Assembly (NCBI RefSeq): GCF_020402505.1
Contig: NZ_JADBZL010000023.1
Span: 3,623-67,622 of the forward strand
DNA length: 64,000 nt
Reading direction: 5' to 3'
Origin: Phenylobacterium sp.
GTDB lineage: Bacteria > Pseudomonadota > Alphaproteobacteria > Caulobacterales > Caulobacteraceae
Shown here: positions 28,462-37,052 of the stretch, piece after piece
How the letters are laid out: every line of letters starts with the position of its first letter
How positions within the stretch are numbered: position 1 is the first letter of the stretch
Notes under the pieces: model-generated
Told to the model about the DNA's origin: nothing
The model's database searches: none
Seen by the model: the letters and a program-made list of their open reading frames with translations, nothing else
Translations under genes and position numbers: made by a program

Positions 28462-29091
28462 TCAATCCGTCCCGACCGCCATGCCTCTTTGGACGGCTGG
28501 GCGTCTGGCTACCTCGTCATGCCACCGCCTGAGCGACGGGTAGCCGTCCAGCCAGCCGTCCAGCCGCTTCGCCGAGGTTGCAACGACCGGGAACAGCAGG
28601 CAATCGACGATGCTGAAAGTCGGACCGCAAACCCAAGCCCGCTCCGCCAGAAGCGCCTCGAACACGTCGAGTGAGCGGCGCGCGCCACTGGTCATCGTCT
28701 CGATGAGCCAGGGGTCGGGCTTGGGAGCCAGGTGAGTGGCGAAGAACTGCATGGCGAAGGGCATGGCGACCGAGGATGAGATGGCGGCGGCCCACATCAT
28801 CTGCTCGGCGCGCGCGGCCGGGTCGTCGGAGATCAAGCCGTTTGCGCCCTTCTCGGCCGCGTACCAGGCGATGGCGAGCGTCTCGGCCAGCACCAAAGGC
28901 CGCCCGCCCGGTCCTTCTGAGTCCCGCATCACCGGGGCCTTTCCGAAGGGGTTCAGCGCGAGGAACTCCGGCGTCTGGTGCTCGCCGTTTGTGAGGTCGA
29001 CCATGGTCGCGCGCCAGGCCAGCCCGGCCTCGTCCAACACGATGTGGACCTTCTGACCGTTCGCCGTCGGGACGGACCAGAGGTCAATCAT
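28462..29091 (-). CDS. Glutathione S-transferase (YfcG-like)
   Basis: PTANGQKV, LNPFGKAP, LAETLAI and FSIVD. Confidence 0.88.
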   Translation of the reverse strand: MIDLWSVPTANGQKVHIVLDEAGLAWRATMVDLTNGEHQTPEFLALNPFGKAPVMRDSEGPGGRPLVLAETLAIAWYAAEKGANGLISDDPAARAEQMMWAAAISSSVAMPFAMQFFATHLAPKPDPWLIETMTSGARRSLDVFEALLAERAWVCGPTFSIVDCLLFPVVATSAKRLDGWLDGYPSLRRWHDEVARRPAVQRGMAVGTD

Positions 29092-29972
29092 GCGACGGGC
29101 GGCGGAACGGCGGCGGCGAAGGCCTTGGCGATCCTTGCGCGGCTGGCGATCCAGACCCCAGGCTTCCCTGCTACGTGCTCCAGGAAGCCTCGGAATGCGC
29201 CGATCCGACCGGGTCGGCCGATGATCCTAAGGTGGAGCCCCAGGCTCATCATCCTGGTCTCTCCTTCCATGGCCTCGGCGTGCAACTGATCGAAGGTGTC
29301 GGTGGCGTACTGTAGCCAGTCCCGCGCCGTCAGCGCCGGGGCCAGCCAGAACTTCATGTCATTGGAGTCAAGCGCATAGGGCACAATGACGATGGGTTTA
29401 GCGCCCTCTGAAGTCTCGACCACGTCCCAGAACGGAAAGTCGTCGGAGTAGTCGTCCATGTGATAGGAGAACCCCTCCTCGGCCAGCAATCTCCGGGTCG
29501 CATCGGTGTGCAAATAGCGGCTGAGCCACCCGATCGGACGCTTGCCGATCGTGCGCTCGATGGACTGCCAGCCCTTCCGGATGAAGTCGCGCTCCTTCTC
29601 CTCGTCCATCCAGAACTGGTGCGCCCAGCGCCAGCCATGGCAGCAGACCTCGTCGCCCCGCTCGGCGATCCTTGCCGCAAGCTCCGGAGCTCGCTCCAGC
29701 GCCAGAGCGGCCGCCGTCCAGGTCGCCTCGATCTTGTGGTCGTCCAGCAGCTTCAGGATGCGTGGCGCCCCCGCCTTTATGCCGTACTGATAGTTGGACT
29801 CGTTTCCGTGCATCCGCATCGGCCGCTTGGGCACGGCAGACAACTCATCAACGGGCTCGGGCCCCTTGTCGCCGTCGCGGATATTCTGCTCCGCTCCCTC
29901 CTCGACATTGACGACAATGGACAGGGCCAGGCGATGGCCACCGGGCCAGATGAAGTCGGAGGGTGCGGGCAT
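29088..29972 (-). CDS. Polysaccharide-deacetylase-fold (PuuE allantoinase-like) protein
   Basis: VVNVEEGAE, ESNYQYG...G..R, HGWRW, PYALDSND and MMSLGLHLRIIGRPGR. Confidence 0.88.
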   Translation of the reverse strand: MPAPSDFIWPGGHRLALSIVVNVEEGAEQNIRDGDKGPEPVDELSAVPKRPMRMHGNESNYQYGIKAGAPRILKLLDDHKIEATWTAAALALERAPELAARIAERGDEVCCHGWRWAHQFWMDEEKERDFIRKGWQSIERTIGKRPIGWLSRYLHTDATRRLLAEEGFSYHMDDYSDDFPFWDVVETSEGAKPIVIVPYALDSNDMKFWLAPALTARDWLQYATDTFDQLHAEAMEGETRMMSLGLHLRIIGRPGRIGAFRGFLEHVAGKPGVWIASRARIAKAFAAAVPPPVA

Positions 29973-30042
29973 CGAAAACTCTTGCGGAGGATCTTATGAT
30001 CGATTGATACAACTTTATTCGTTTTCGGGGGAAGGGTACGCG

Positions 30043-30527
30043 ATGATCATCGGCGAAATTGAGGTCCTGCGCCGGCTGCACATTCTGGCCATGGTCTACT
30101 TGTTGGGGGGAGTGGGGGGGTCTTCATCGCCTTGCTAAGCCTGACCTGGTCCGCCTTCTTCCAGCGCGAAACGGATCTGGGTTTCCGTCTCACAAAGATC
30201 GATGAGACACTGCGATAAATCCTCATTCCGGCCTTGCTGATCGTCGGGGTCGCCTCCCTTCTGGACCACGGTCCGCTGGCTGTCGGTGAAGGCACGCTGT
30301 GGTACCCGGCGAAGATCACCGTCTATGGCTTGATGCTGGTCATTGGGCTTGGCCTGCGCTTCATCATGCGGGCGTGGACCACGCGCTTTCGTCGCCTCGC
30401 CAAGTGACCCAACCCCCGGGAGGAAGCCGCGCTGAAGCGCGAGATCGCCATCGGACGCGGCCTGGCCCATGTCTTCGGAATCGAGATTGCGTCGGCGGCG
30501 TTCCTCGGGGAAGCCAAACCATTCTGG
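30043..30527 (+). pseudogene. Decayed paralog of the 7099-7749 membrane protein
   Basis: MIIGEIEVLRRLHILAMVYLLGG, frameshifts in G-runs near 30105-30120, then ...KITVYGLMLVIGLGLRFIMRAW..., in-frame TGA at 30405 and ...AFLGEAKPF. Confidence 0.7.
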
Positions 30528-30531
30528 CCGT

Positions 30532-31356
30532 TCAGTGGGGCTCTTCTCCGCCGGAGACGTTCAGGCTTTCGGCAGTGATGTATTTGGCCGCGTCCGAGCA
30601 TAGGAAGGCGACAGCGTCCGCTGTGTCCTGCGGCAGGCCAGGGCGGCGCATGGGAATGCGATTGGCCATGGCCTGCAGGTAGTCGTCGACCGAGGCAGCC
30701 CCCACGACCCTGGAGAAGTACTCGTTCTGCCAAGCCCCCAGACCCGTGGTGACGTGGTTGGGGCAGACGTTGTTCAGCGTGATCCCGTGCGGGCCCAGTT
30801 CAATTGCCGCCGACCGCGTCAGACCGACGAGGCCGTGCTTGGAGGCGGTATAGGCCTGGGCGTGGGGAAAGCCGGACTTGGCGGCCTGGGAGGCGATATT
30901 GACGATCCGTCCACCACGGCCCTGTCTGATCATCACCTCCGCAGCCGCCTGGATGCCGTAGAAGCAGCCAGACAGATTGACGTCGATCACGGCGCGCCAG
31001 TCGTCGGGCGTCACATCCATCAGGGGCTTCATGATGTAACCGATGCCGGCGTTATTGACCCAGATGTCGAGCCCGCCGTGCGTCTCGACCGCATGGGCCG
31101 CGAGAGCCCGCACCTGGTTCGGATCGCGCACGTCGCAAACACAGGTCGAGGCGCCCGGCAGCTCGGCTGCGATCGCCGCCATCTCTCCGGTCGCGCCAAT
31201 CATACCGCCCGGCGTGGCCGCATCCCTTGAAGCGCCGATGTCAGAGATGACCACCCGCGCGCCTTCCATCGCCAACGTCTTGGCGATCGCCTCGCCCAGA
31301 CCCTTGCGGCGGCCTGATCCGGTGACGACCGCCACCTTGCCATCGAAGCGCCCCAT
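30532..31356 (-). CDS. Short-chain dehydrogenase/reductase (SDR)
   Basis: VVTGSG...GLG, VNNAG, NIASQ and YTASK. Confidence 0.93.
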   Translation of the reverse strand: MGRFDGKVAVVTGSGRRKGLGEAIAKTLAMEGARVVISDIGASRDAATPGGMIGATGEMAAIAAELPGASTCVCDVRDPNQVRALAAHAVETHGGLDIWVNNAGIGYIMKPLMDVTPDDWRAVIDVNLSGCFYGIQAAAEVMIRQGRGGRIVNIASQAAKSGFPHAQAYTASKHGLVGLTRSAAIELGPHGITLNNVCPNHVTTGLGAWQNEYFSRVVGAASVDDYLQAMANRIPMRRPGLPQDTADAVAFLCSDAAKYITAESLNVSGGEEPH

Positions 31357-31676
31357 CAGAGACTCTTGGTCACGAGGAAGGTCACGTCGACCATCGACTG
31401 GAACTCACCTGCGATCTTCTGCGCCTGCGGAGTGGAAATCTCGGCGAAGAATTGATCCATATCACGGACATCAATGGTTTCGATGTAGCCATATGGCGGG
31501 GCGACGTCGGAGCCGAGCAGACCTTCGACCTTGTGGACCTGAAAGTCGTCGACAGACGCCATGGCCCTGACCGCAGGAATGTCGGTCGCCTTGGCCCACG
31601 CTTCATAGGCCGCCGGATTCTGGCCGGTCTTCAGGTTGAAAAGGGCTAAGATTCGGGTGGCGGGCATGTGCATCAT
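31356..31676 (-). CDS. HapK/RedY-like dimeric alpha-beta barrel protein
   Basis: LFNLK.G...YEAWAKATDIP.V...VDDF...LLGSDVAPPY.YIE.IDV matches my recollection of the REDY-like HapK family. Confidence 0.68.
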   Translation of the reverse strand: MMHMPATRILALFNLKTGQNPAAYEAWAKATDIPAVRAMASVDDFQVHKVEGLLGSDVAPPYGYIETIDVRDMDQFFAEISTPQAQKIAGEFQSMVDVTFLVTKSL

Positions 31677-31705
31677 CCTGGAAGCTAAAGGAACCCTCGA
31701 CGGGC

Positions 31706-31729
31706 AAATGATATAACCCTATATCATTT
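31706..31729. promoter_or_regulatory. Operator motif A (perfect palindrome)
   Basis: AAATGATATA-ACCC-TATATCATTT between divergent hapK-like and methyltransferase genes. Confidence 0.85.
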
Positions 31730-31756
31730 GTGCGCGGCAAGCCCCGGAGGTCGATC

Positions 31757-32986
31757 ATGGATGGTTCACCCGATGTGAAGAACGCTGGCCCGGCCCAGAC
31801 CTACTCGGGTCCCCCAGACTATCGCGTGGTCGGTCGCCACGGCGTTTTTCCTGACACCAGCCACGACGAGATCGCGCGATTCAACTTCCTGGCTCACCTG
31901 AACCGGCACCTCTCGACCAGGGTCATGCCGGCGGTAAAGACGGCATGGGAGCGCCGCGCCGGTCCGGCCTTCGAGGCCCGCGAAGGCCGCACACCGAAGG
32001 ACCGCCACGAGGTGCGCAAGGCATTGCTGCAGGATCCCTACTACCAGGCTTGGTCTGCCTTGCGCCGCGCGACCATGGAACAACGTCAACAGGCCGGCCG
32101 CTGGATCGCCCTTCGGCAGGCCGAAACCTTGTCGGCCAAAGTCGACGCGCTGACCAGGTCGGCCGACCAGCTGGAGCTGAACCCCGCCATCCCGATTCCA
32201 CGCTATGTCTCGGCTGTGGATCATCATTGCATGCCGGGCAGCTATCACCTCGAGGTCTTCCCGGGTGACGTTTCCGGGGCGGCCAACTACGACAGCGGCA
32301 TCTTCGCCACAACGGGCGGTGCGCTGGGCCGATTCTCCGACGGTGGCGGCCATGCTGTGGTCAAGTGGATCAGAAAGACCCTTCCAGACTTCCGGCCGCG
32401 TCGCATCCTCGACATCGGCGCGAACCTCGGCCAGAACGTCCTTCCGATCGCAGAGGCCTTTCCCGAGGCCGAGGTGGTCGCCTTGGATGTCGGCGCGCCC
32501 ATGCTGCGCTACGGAGCGGCGCGGGCGAAGTCGCTGGGCGTCGAGAACGTGCGCTTCGTTCAAGGCGATGGATCGGACCTGTCGCGCTGGGCAGACGGCT
32601 CGTTCGATTGGGTGCAGACCACCATGACCCTGCACGAGCTGTCCCTGACCTCCATGAAGTCCATTTTCGCAGAATCCTTCCGCGTCCTGTCACCCGACGG
32701 GATCGTGCTCCACGTTGAACAGCCCCAGTACGCTGCTGACATGCCCCTGTTCGAACAGGCCATGCGCGACTGGGATGCCTTCTACAACAACGAGCCCTTC
32801 TGGAGCACGATGCACGGCCTGGACATCGACGGCTTCCTGATCGAGGCGGGCTTCCGGAGCGATCGACTGATCCACGGCGGCGTCACGGCCGTGGTCGACA
32901 AGGATGTCTTCCCCGACGCGGCCGACGATGAGGGGGAGGACTTTGGCCGTAAGGCCGCATGGCATGTGATCGGGGCTCGAAAATGA
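31757..32986 (+). CDS. Class I SAM-dependent methyltransferase with long N-terminal helical extension
   Basis: ILDIGANLGQN (motif I), LDVGAPMLRY and SFDWV...LHEL. Confidence 0.85.
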   Translation: MDGSPDVKNAGPAQTYSGPPDYRVVGRHGVFPDTSHDEIARFNFLAHLNRHLSTRVMPAVKTAWERRAGPAFEAREGRTPKDRHEVRKALLQDPYYQAWSALRRATMEQRQQAGRWIALRQAETLSAKVDALTRSADQLELNPAIPIPRYVSAVDHHCMPGSYHLEVFPGDVSGAANYDSGIFATTGGALGRFSDGGGHAVVKWIRKTLPDFRPRRILDIGANLGQNVLPIAEAFPEAEVVALDVGAPMLRYGAARAKSLGVENVRFVQGDGSDLSRWADGSFDWVQTTMTLHELSLTSMKSIFAESFRVLSPDGIVLHVEQPQYAADMPLFEQAMRDWDAFYNNEPFWSTMHGLDIDGFLIEAGFRSDRLIHGGVTAVVDKDVFPDAADDEGEDFGRKAAWHVIGARK

Positions 32987-33345
32987 GCATCGATCTTGCG
33001 CTGGCCCTGTCGTCCGCAAAGGCGGCGGGCAAACGACCCTACTTCATGGACCGCGAGGTTGAGCGGGTCCTCAACATCCTGATGGCGACGGTCCAGGAAC
33101 TGGCCGTCACGCGCGAAAGGCTGGACACTCTGGAACGGCTGCTAGAGGCCAAGGGCATTGTCGCCCGGTCCGAGATCGAGCGCTTTGAGCCAAACAAGGA
33201 CGAGGCCGCCGAGCGGGGCTTATGGATGCAGGAGTATCTCAACCGCGTGCTGCGCACCCTGCAACAGGAAGCGGAAGCGATGCAGACCACGGACGACCTA
33301 GCCTCGGAAGAGGTTGCGCTTGAAGTGTCCAGGGCCGACGGCTGA
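32983..33345 (+). CDS. Conserved hypothetical coiled-coil protein
   Basis: GKRPYF...ELAVTRERLDTLERLLE, coupled to the methyltransferase stop. Confidence 0.7.
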   Translation: MSIDLALALSSAKAAGKRPYFMDREVERVLNILMATVQELAVTRERLDTLERLLEAKGIVARSEIERFEPNKDEAAERGLWMQEYLNRVLRTLQQEAEAMQTTDDLASEEVALEVSRADG

Positions 33346-33346
33346 G

Positions 33347-33835
33347 ATGCCGATTTCCAGCCTCATCCGCTCGGCCGTGTTCTGCTCGGACCTGGATCGA
33401 TCCACCGCCTTTTACCGTGCGCTGGGTCTGAACGCCGTCTACTTCGAGGGTGACCTCGACCCTGAGTCCTCGCAGGGCGCGCTTCATGTCCCGGCGGTAT
33501 CGACCCTGCGCTGTCGAATCCTCAAGCGCAGCGCGGACGCACCCAACTTCGGCATGGTCGGCCTGTTCGAGCTGACGCCGGCGCTAGAGCCCCTGCCCGT
33601 GCCCGCCGGGCCGCCACGCCTGGGCGAGACGGCGCTGGTCTTCTACGCCCAGCCCTTCATGGAGGTGCTGATCGCGGCGCGACGGGCCGGCGCCACCTGG
33701 TCGCCTGAGCCGATTATCTTCACCATGCCTCATCGCAGCCAGATGGAGGTCTGCCTGCGCGATCCTGACGGCGTGCTGGTCAATCTCATCGACCGCGACC
33801 CTGCAGAGCAGGACCGGACGATCCCGGTCAGATGA
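33347..33835 (+). CDS. VOC (glyoxalase-like) family protein
   Basis: DLDRSTAFYRALGL and C-terminal RDPDGVLVNL. Confidence 0.8.
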   Translation: MPISSLIRSAVFCSDLDRSTAFYRALGLNAVYFEGDLDPESSQGALHVPAVSTLRCRILKRSADAPNFGMVGLFELTPALEPLPVPAGPPRLGETALVFYAQPFMEVLIAARRAGATWSPEPIIFTMPHRSQMEVCLRDPDGVLVNLIDRDPAEQDRTIPVR

Positions 33836-33843
33836 CGGCCATC

Positions 33844-33864
33844 CCTCTCCCACCGGGAGAGGGA
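33844..33864. repeat. Short intergenic palindrome (REP-like)
   Basis: CCCTCTCCC-ACC-GGGAGAGGG between convergent genes. A partial copy, TCTCCCACCGGGAGA, lies near 44788. Confidence 0.5.
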
Positions 33865-33875
33865 GACCTGTACCC

Positions 33876-34766
33876 TCACTTCGCCACAGCACGTTTCGCG
33901 TCGAAGACTTTCCGGAAATACGACCAGCTGGTCTCGTTCGGCCGCGCATCATTCAGCGGGGGCGGGGCGACATAGTCCGGGTAGTTCGTCGCGATCTCGT
34001 CTCTCAGAATCTGCGGCAGGCCGTTGATGCCATTCGCCATGGTCTGGCCGACCGCGTTGAATACCAGCCCGCCCGGCCGACCGCCCATCCTCATCCAAGG
34101 CAGCCACGGCGAGATCCGCACCCAAGCAATCGAAGCGTCGGCGCGGGGGCGCGACGCGTCCAGGAGGTCGTCTTGCCGCACCGAGAAGTCGAAGATCTCC
34201 ATGGCGTGGTAATGGTTGCCGACATACTCTTGATAATCGCCGCCCAACGGGTTCACGTAAAACAGCGGTGCCTCGAACGGCAGGAAGACCCAGCCTTGGC
34301 TGACCCGGCCCGAAAACCGAAACGGAGACCCGTCCGCTGTCCGCTCATAGGTCGGGCGCGAGTTCACCGGATCGTTGGCGACGTGTACCACCTCGACGAC
34401 CTGGTCGGTCTCGGGATTGGTCCAGGTCCGCAGGATCTCGTTGGTACGGGGGTCGAGGTAGATCATGAGTTCGCGCGACACAAGGCGATAGCCGGTCCCG
34501 CGTGAGGAGTCCCTAACCGTGCCGCACTGGCGCACGTTCATCCCCTCGACGTTGAAGACGTGACGGTCCGGCATGCCCGGCATACGGGCGTAGACTCGAC
34601 CGGACCAGTGATAGACCACCGGCTCACCGTCCACGGTCGAGCACTGTATCTTACGGTTCGCCGCGATCGCGCCGGCCGGCGTCGACAGATCGATCGTCTG
34701 CGACGACGCCGCCATCGGCATCGCCATGGCGGCCAGCACGGCCGAGGTCATCAGTACAAGCCTCAC
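33876..34766 (-). CDS. DUF1838-like secreted protein
   Basis: Signal peptide, YHWSGRVY...FNVEGMNVRQC, LVSRELMIYLDP and WVRISPWLPWMRMG. Confidence 0.75.
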   Translation of the reverse strand: MRLVLMTSAVLAAMAMPMAASSQTIDLSTPAGAIAANRKIQCSTVDGEPVVYHWSGRVYARMPGMPDRHVFNVEGMNVRQCGTVRDSSRGTGYRLVSRELMIYLDPRTNEILRTWTNPETDQVVEVVHVANDPVNSRPTYERTADGSPFRFSGRVSQGWVFLPFEAPLFYVNPLGGDYQEYVGNHYHAMEIFDFSVRQDDLLDASRPRADASIAWVRISPWLPWMRMGGRPGGLVFNAVGQTMANGINGLPQILRDEIATNYPDYVAPPPLNDARPNETSWSYFRKVFDAKRAVAK

Positions 34767-34794
34767 CTCTCGCCCTCCGGTGCGTTCAGATGAT

Positions 34795-35088
34795 TCATGG
34801 GGCCTCGACGGCCCATACGCGGCAGTCGGCGACGCCCTGGCGGAGCTTCTTCACTTCTGCGTACTCGGGGCTGTCCCAAAAGGCGCGCAAAGCCGTCATG
34901 TCCGGCCACTCGGAGATGACTGCCGACGATCCGTCGCCCCAGTCACCCTCCAGCAGCCGCACCCCTGGCCCGCGCAGCAGATAGCGCCCGCCGTGCTGTT
35001 CGATCAGGGCCGCGGCTGCCTTGCCGTAGCCACCGAGGAACGCCTCGCGGTCCGCGATTTTTGCCAATACGATCATATATGCCGCCAC
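34795..35088 (-). CDS. DUF1330 family protein
   Basis: AY.IV...Y......HGGRYL.RG.....LEG.W......EWP......FWDSPEY. Confidence 0.82.
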   Translation of the reverse strand: MAAYMIVLAKIADREAFLGGYGKAAAALIEQHGGRYLLRGPGVRLLEGDWGDGSSAVISEWPDMTALRAFWDSPEYAEVKKLRQGVADCRVWAVEAP

Positions 35089-35123
35089 GTCAGCCCCCTT
35101 GCCATATCCACACTAGCGCGCTC

Positions 35124-35147
35124 AAATGGCATAAATCTATATCATTT
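35124..35147. promoter_or_regulatory. Operator motif A
   Basis: AAATGGCATA-AATC-TATATCATTT between divergent genes. Confidence 0.78.
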
Positions 35148-35172
35148 CGCCAACTAACGAGAACCGGGCCTC

Positions 35173-36054
35173 ATGGAACTTCTGCGCGCCGCCACCTTGA
35201 CCGTTGCCGATCCGGAAGCGACGGCGGCTCGTTATGTCGAGTGGCTCGACTATTCGATTGTCGAGCGCGGCCCGGTCTCCGTCGATCTGGCTGCCGCATG
35301 GGGATGTCCGGCGTCAGCGGGCCGCGCGTCGGTAGTCTGCCGTCCGGCATCGGCTGCGGAGGTTTTCCTTCGCTTCATCGAGGGCGCGACGCCTGCTGAC
35401 TTCAAGCCCCTGCGCACCTTCGGTTGGGCGGCCATCGAGATCTGCACTCAGGACACCCACGCCGTAAACGCGCGCATGGAGGGCTCGCCCTTCCAGATCA
35501 TCGGCCCGCCCAAGGAGCTTGACGGGCTGCCCTCCATCTTCCCCATGCAGGTGAAGGGTCCGGATCAGGAAATCGTCTACCTGACCCAGATTCGGGACAA
35601 TCTGCCGGCCTACGACCTGCCCCGTGCTGCAAGTCTGATCGACAAGCTATTCATCATCGTGCTGGCCTGTTCGGACCTTCAGGCTTCGCTGGACTGGTTC
35701 GAGACCGAGCTGAAGCTGTCAGCTGGCCGTTCAATGGACCTGGTCTACACCATGATCAACGCGGCCTTCGACCTGCCCGCGGACACGAAGCACGCCCTCG
35801 CCACCATGATGCACGGGCGCGACTGCTTCCTGGAGCTGGACCAGTATCCGGACGAGACGACCGCCCGCCCGACGGAACCCGGGGCCCTGCCCCCCGGCAT
35901 CGCCATCACCACCTTCCGCCACCCGGACTTCGACGCCCTGAAGGGCTGGATCAGCCCGCCGGTTGTCCGCAACGGCGCCGTCTACGGCGGCAGGCGTGCG
36001 GGTACGCTTCGCGCGCCCGACGGCGCCCTTGTCGAGGTCGTCGAGGCGGCATGA
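35173..36054 (+). CDS. Tandem VOC-fold protein
   Basis: LRAATLTVAD...ARYVEWLDY and C-terminal RAPDGALVEV. Confidence 0.7.
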   Translation: MELLRAATLTVADPEATAARYVEWLDYSIVERGPVSVDLAAAWGCPASAGRASVVCRPASAAEVFLRFIEGATPADFKPLRTFGWAAIEICTQDTHAVNARMEGSPFQIIGPPKELDGLPSIFPMQVKGPDQEIVYLTQIRDNLPAYDLPRAASLIDKLFIIVLACSDLQASLDWFETELKLSAGRSMDLVYTMINAAFDLPADTKHALATMMHGRDCFLELDQYPDETTARPTEPGALPPGIAITTFRHPDFDALKGWISPPVVRNGAVYGGRRAGTLRAPDGALVEVVEAA

Positions 36055-37052
36055 CCAACACCGCTTGCGAAGTCGTCCTGGCCCGCCCTGTCACAGCCGC
36101 CCCGGTCGCCGCAGACTTCACCGTCGTGACTCGCGACCGCCGACAGCCCGAGGGCGAGGGGTGGCTGAAAGTCCGACCGCTGTTCCTGTCTCTCGACCCC
36201 TACATCGGCGCCCGCATCCGGGGTCGTCACATGGGCGAGCCCGCCCCTGCGCCCGGCGAGCCCCTGCCCGGCTTCTGCGTCGCCGAGGTCGAGGAGAGCT
36301 GTGACCCCGCCTTCGCGCCGGGCGACCGCGTCGTCACCGAGGCCGGCTGGACCGACCTTGTCTGGGTCCGATCCGGGACCGCACGCAAAGTCTCATCCGA
36401 TATCGCCGCGTCCCTGCATCTCAGCGTGCTCGGCATGCCTGGCCTGACCGCCTGGGCCGGCATTACCCAGCTGGCGAAGGCCGGCGCTGACGATCTCCTG
36501 ACCGTCAACGCGGCGGCCGGAACGGTCGGCGGAGTCGCTGGCCAGATCACCAGAAACCTCGGCGGCCGCGCCGTCGGCATCGCGAGCGGATCGGAAAAGT
36601 GCGGCCTCGTCGTTGATCGCTATGGCTTCGAGGCCTGCATCGACTACCGTACCGAGGACTGGGAGACACAGCTGGCCTCCGCGGTCGCTCCGGGGTCGAC
36701 CATCCATTTCGAGAACGTCGGCGCGAGCCAACTCGCCGCCGGCATCCGAAACCTCAACCTCTATGGCCGCATCGTCCTGTGCGGGCTGGCCGAGCATTAT
36801 CACGCCGACGCCGGCCCGGCCGTCACCGCCATCGGTCCCCTCCTGGGCAAGCGGGCTGCCGTCTTTGGTCTGGTCGTCTACGACTTCTATCCCCGCTGGG
36901 CGGAGTGGACCGCTCTGGCCGAGCCCTGGGTCAAGGCGGGCCGCCTGACCATCGCCGAGGACATAGGGCAAGGCCTCGACAACGCGGGCGCCCAGCTGGA
37001 ACGGCTTGTCCGCGGCGAGAACGTCGGCAAGACCCTGGTCCGGGTAGCGTGA
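36051..37052 (+). CDS. NADP-dependent oxidoreductase (PTGR/CurA-like MDR ene-reductase)
   Basis: SLDPY, LGMPGLTAW, AAAGTVG, FENVG and GENVGK. Confidence 0.9.
   Translation: MTNTACEVVLARPVTAAPVAADFTVVTRDRRQPEGEGWLKVRPLFLSLDPYIGARIRGRHMGEPAPAPGEPLPGFCVAEVEESCDPAFAPGDRVVTEAGWTDLVWVRSGTARKVSSDIAASLHLSVLGMPGLTAWAGITQLAKAGADDLLTVNAAAGTVGGVAGQITRNLGGRAVGIASGSEKCGLVVDRYGFEACIDYRTEDWETQLASAVAPGSTIHFENVGASQLAAGIRNLNLYGRIVLCGLAEHYHADAGPAVTAIGPLLGKRAAVFGLVVYDFYPRWAEWTALAEPWVKAGRLTIAEDIGQGLDNAGAQLERLVRGENVGKTLVRVA

Noticed and set aside
30002-30025. Possible ninth motif A site (GATTGATACA-ACTT-TATTCGTTTT)
   Set aside because: About 13 of 20 positions match. The location is plausible but I cannot support it without a PWM.
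30405-30407. In-frame TGA as selenocysteine or programmed read-through
   Set aside because: The same gene has frameshifts and a deletion, so decay explains it.
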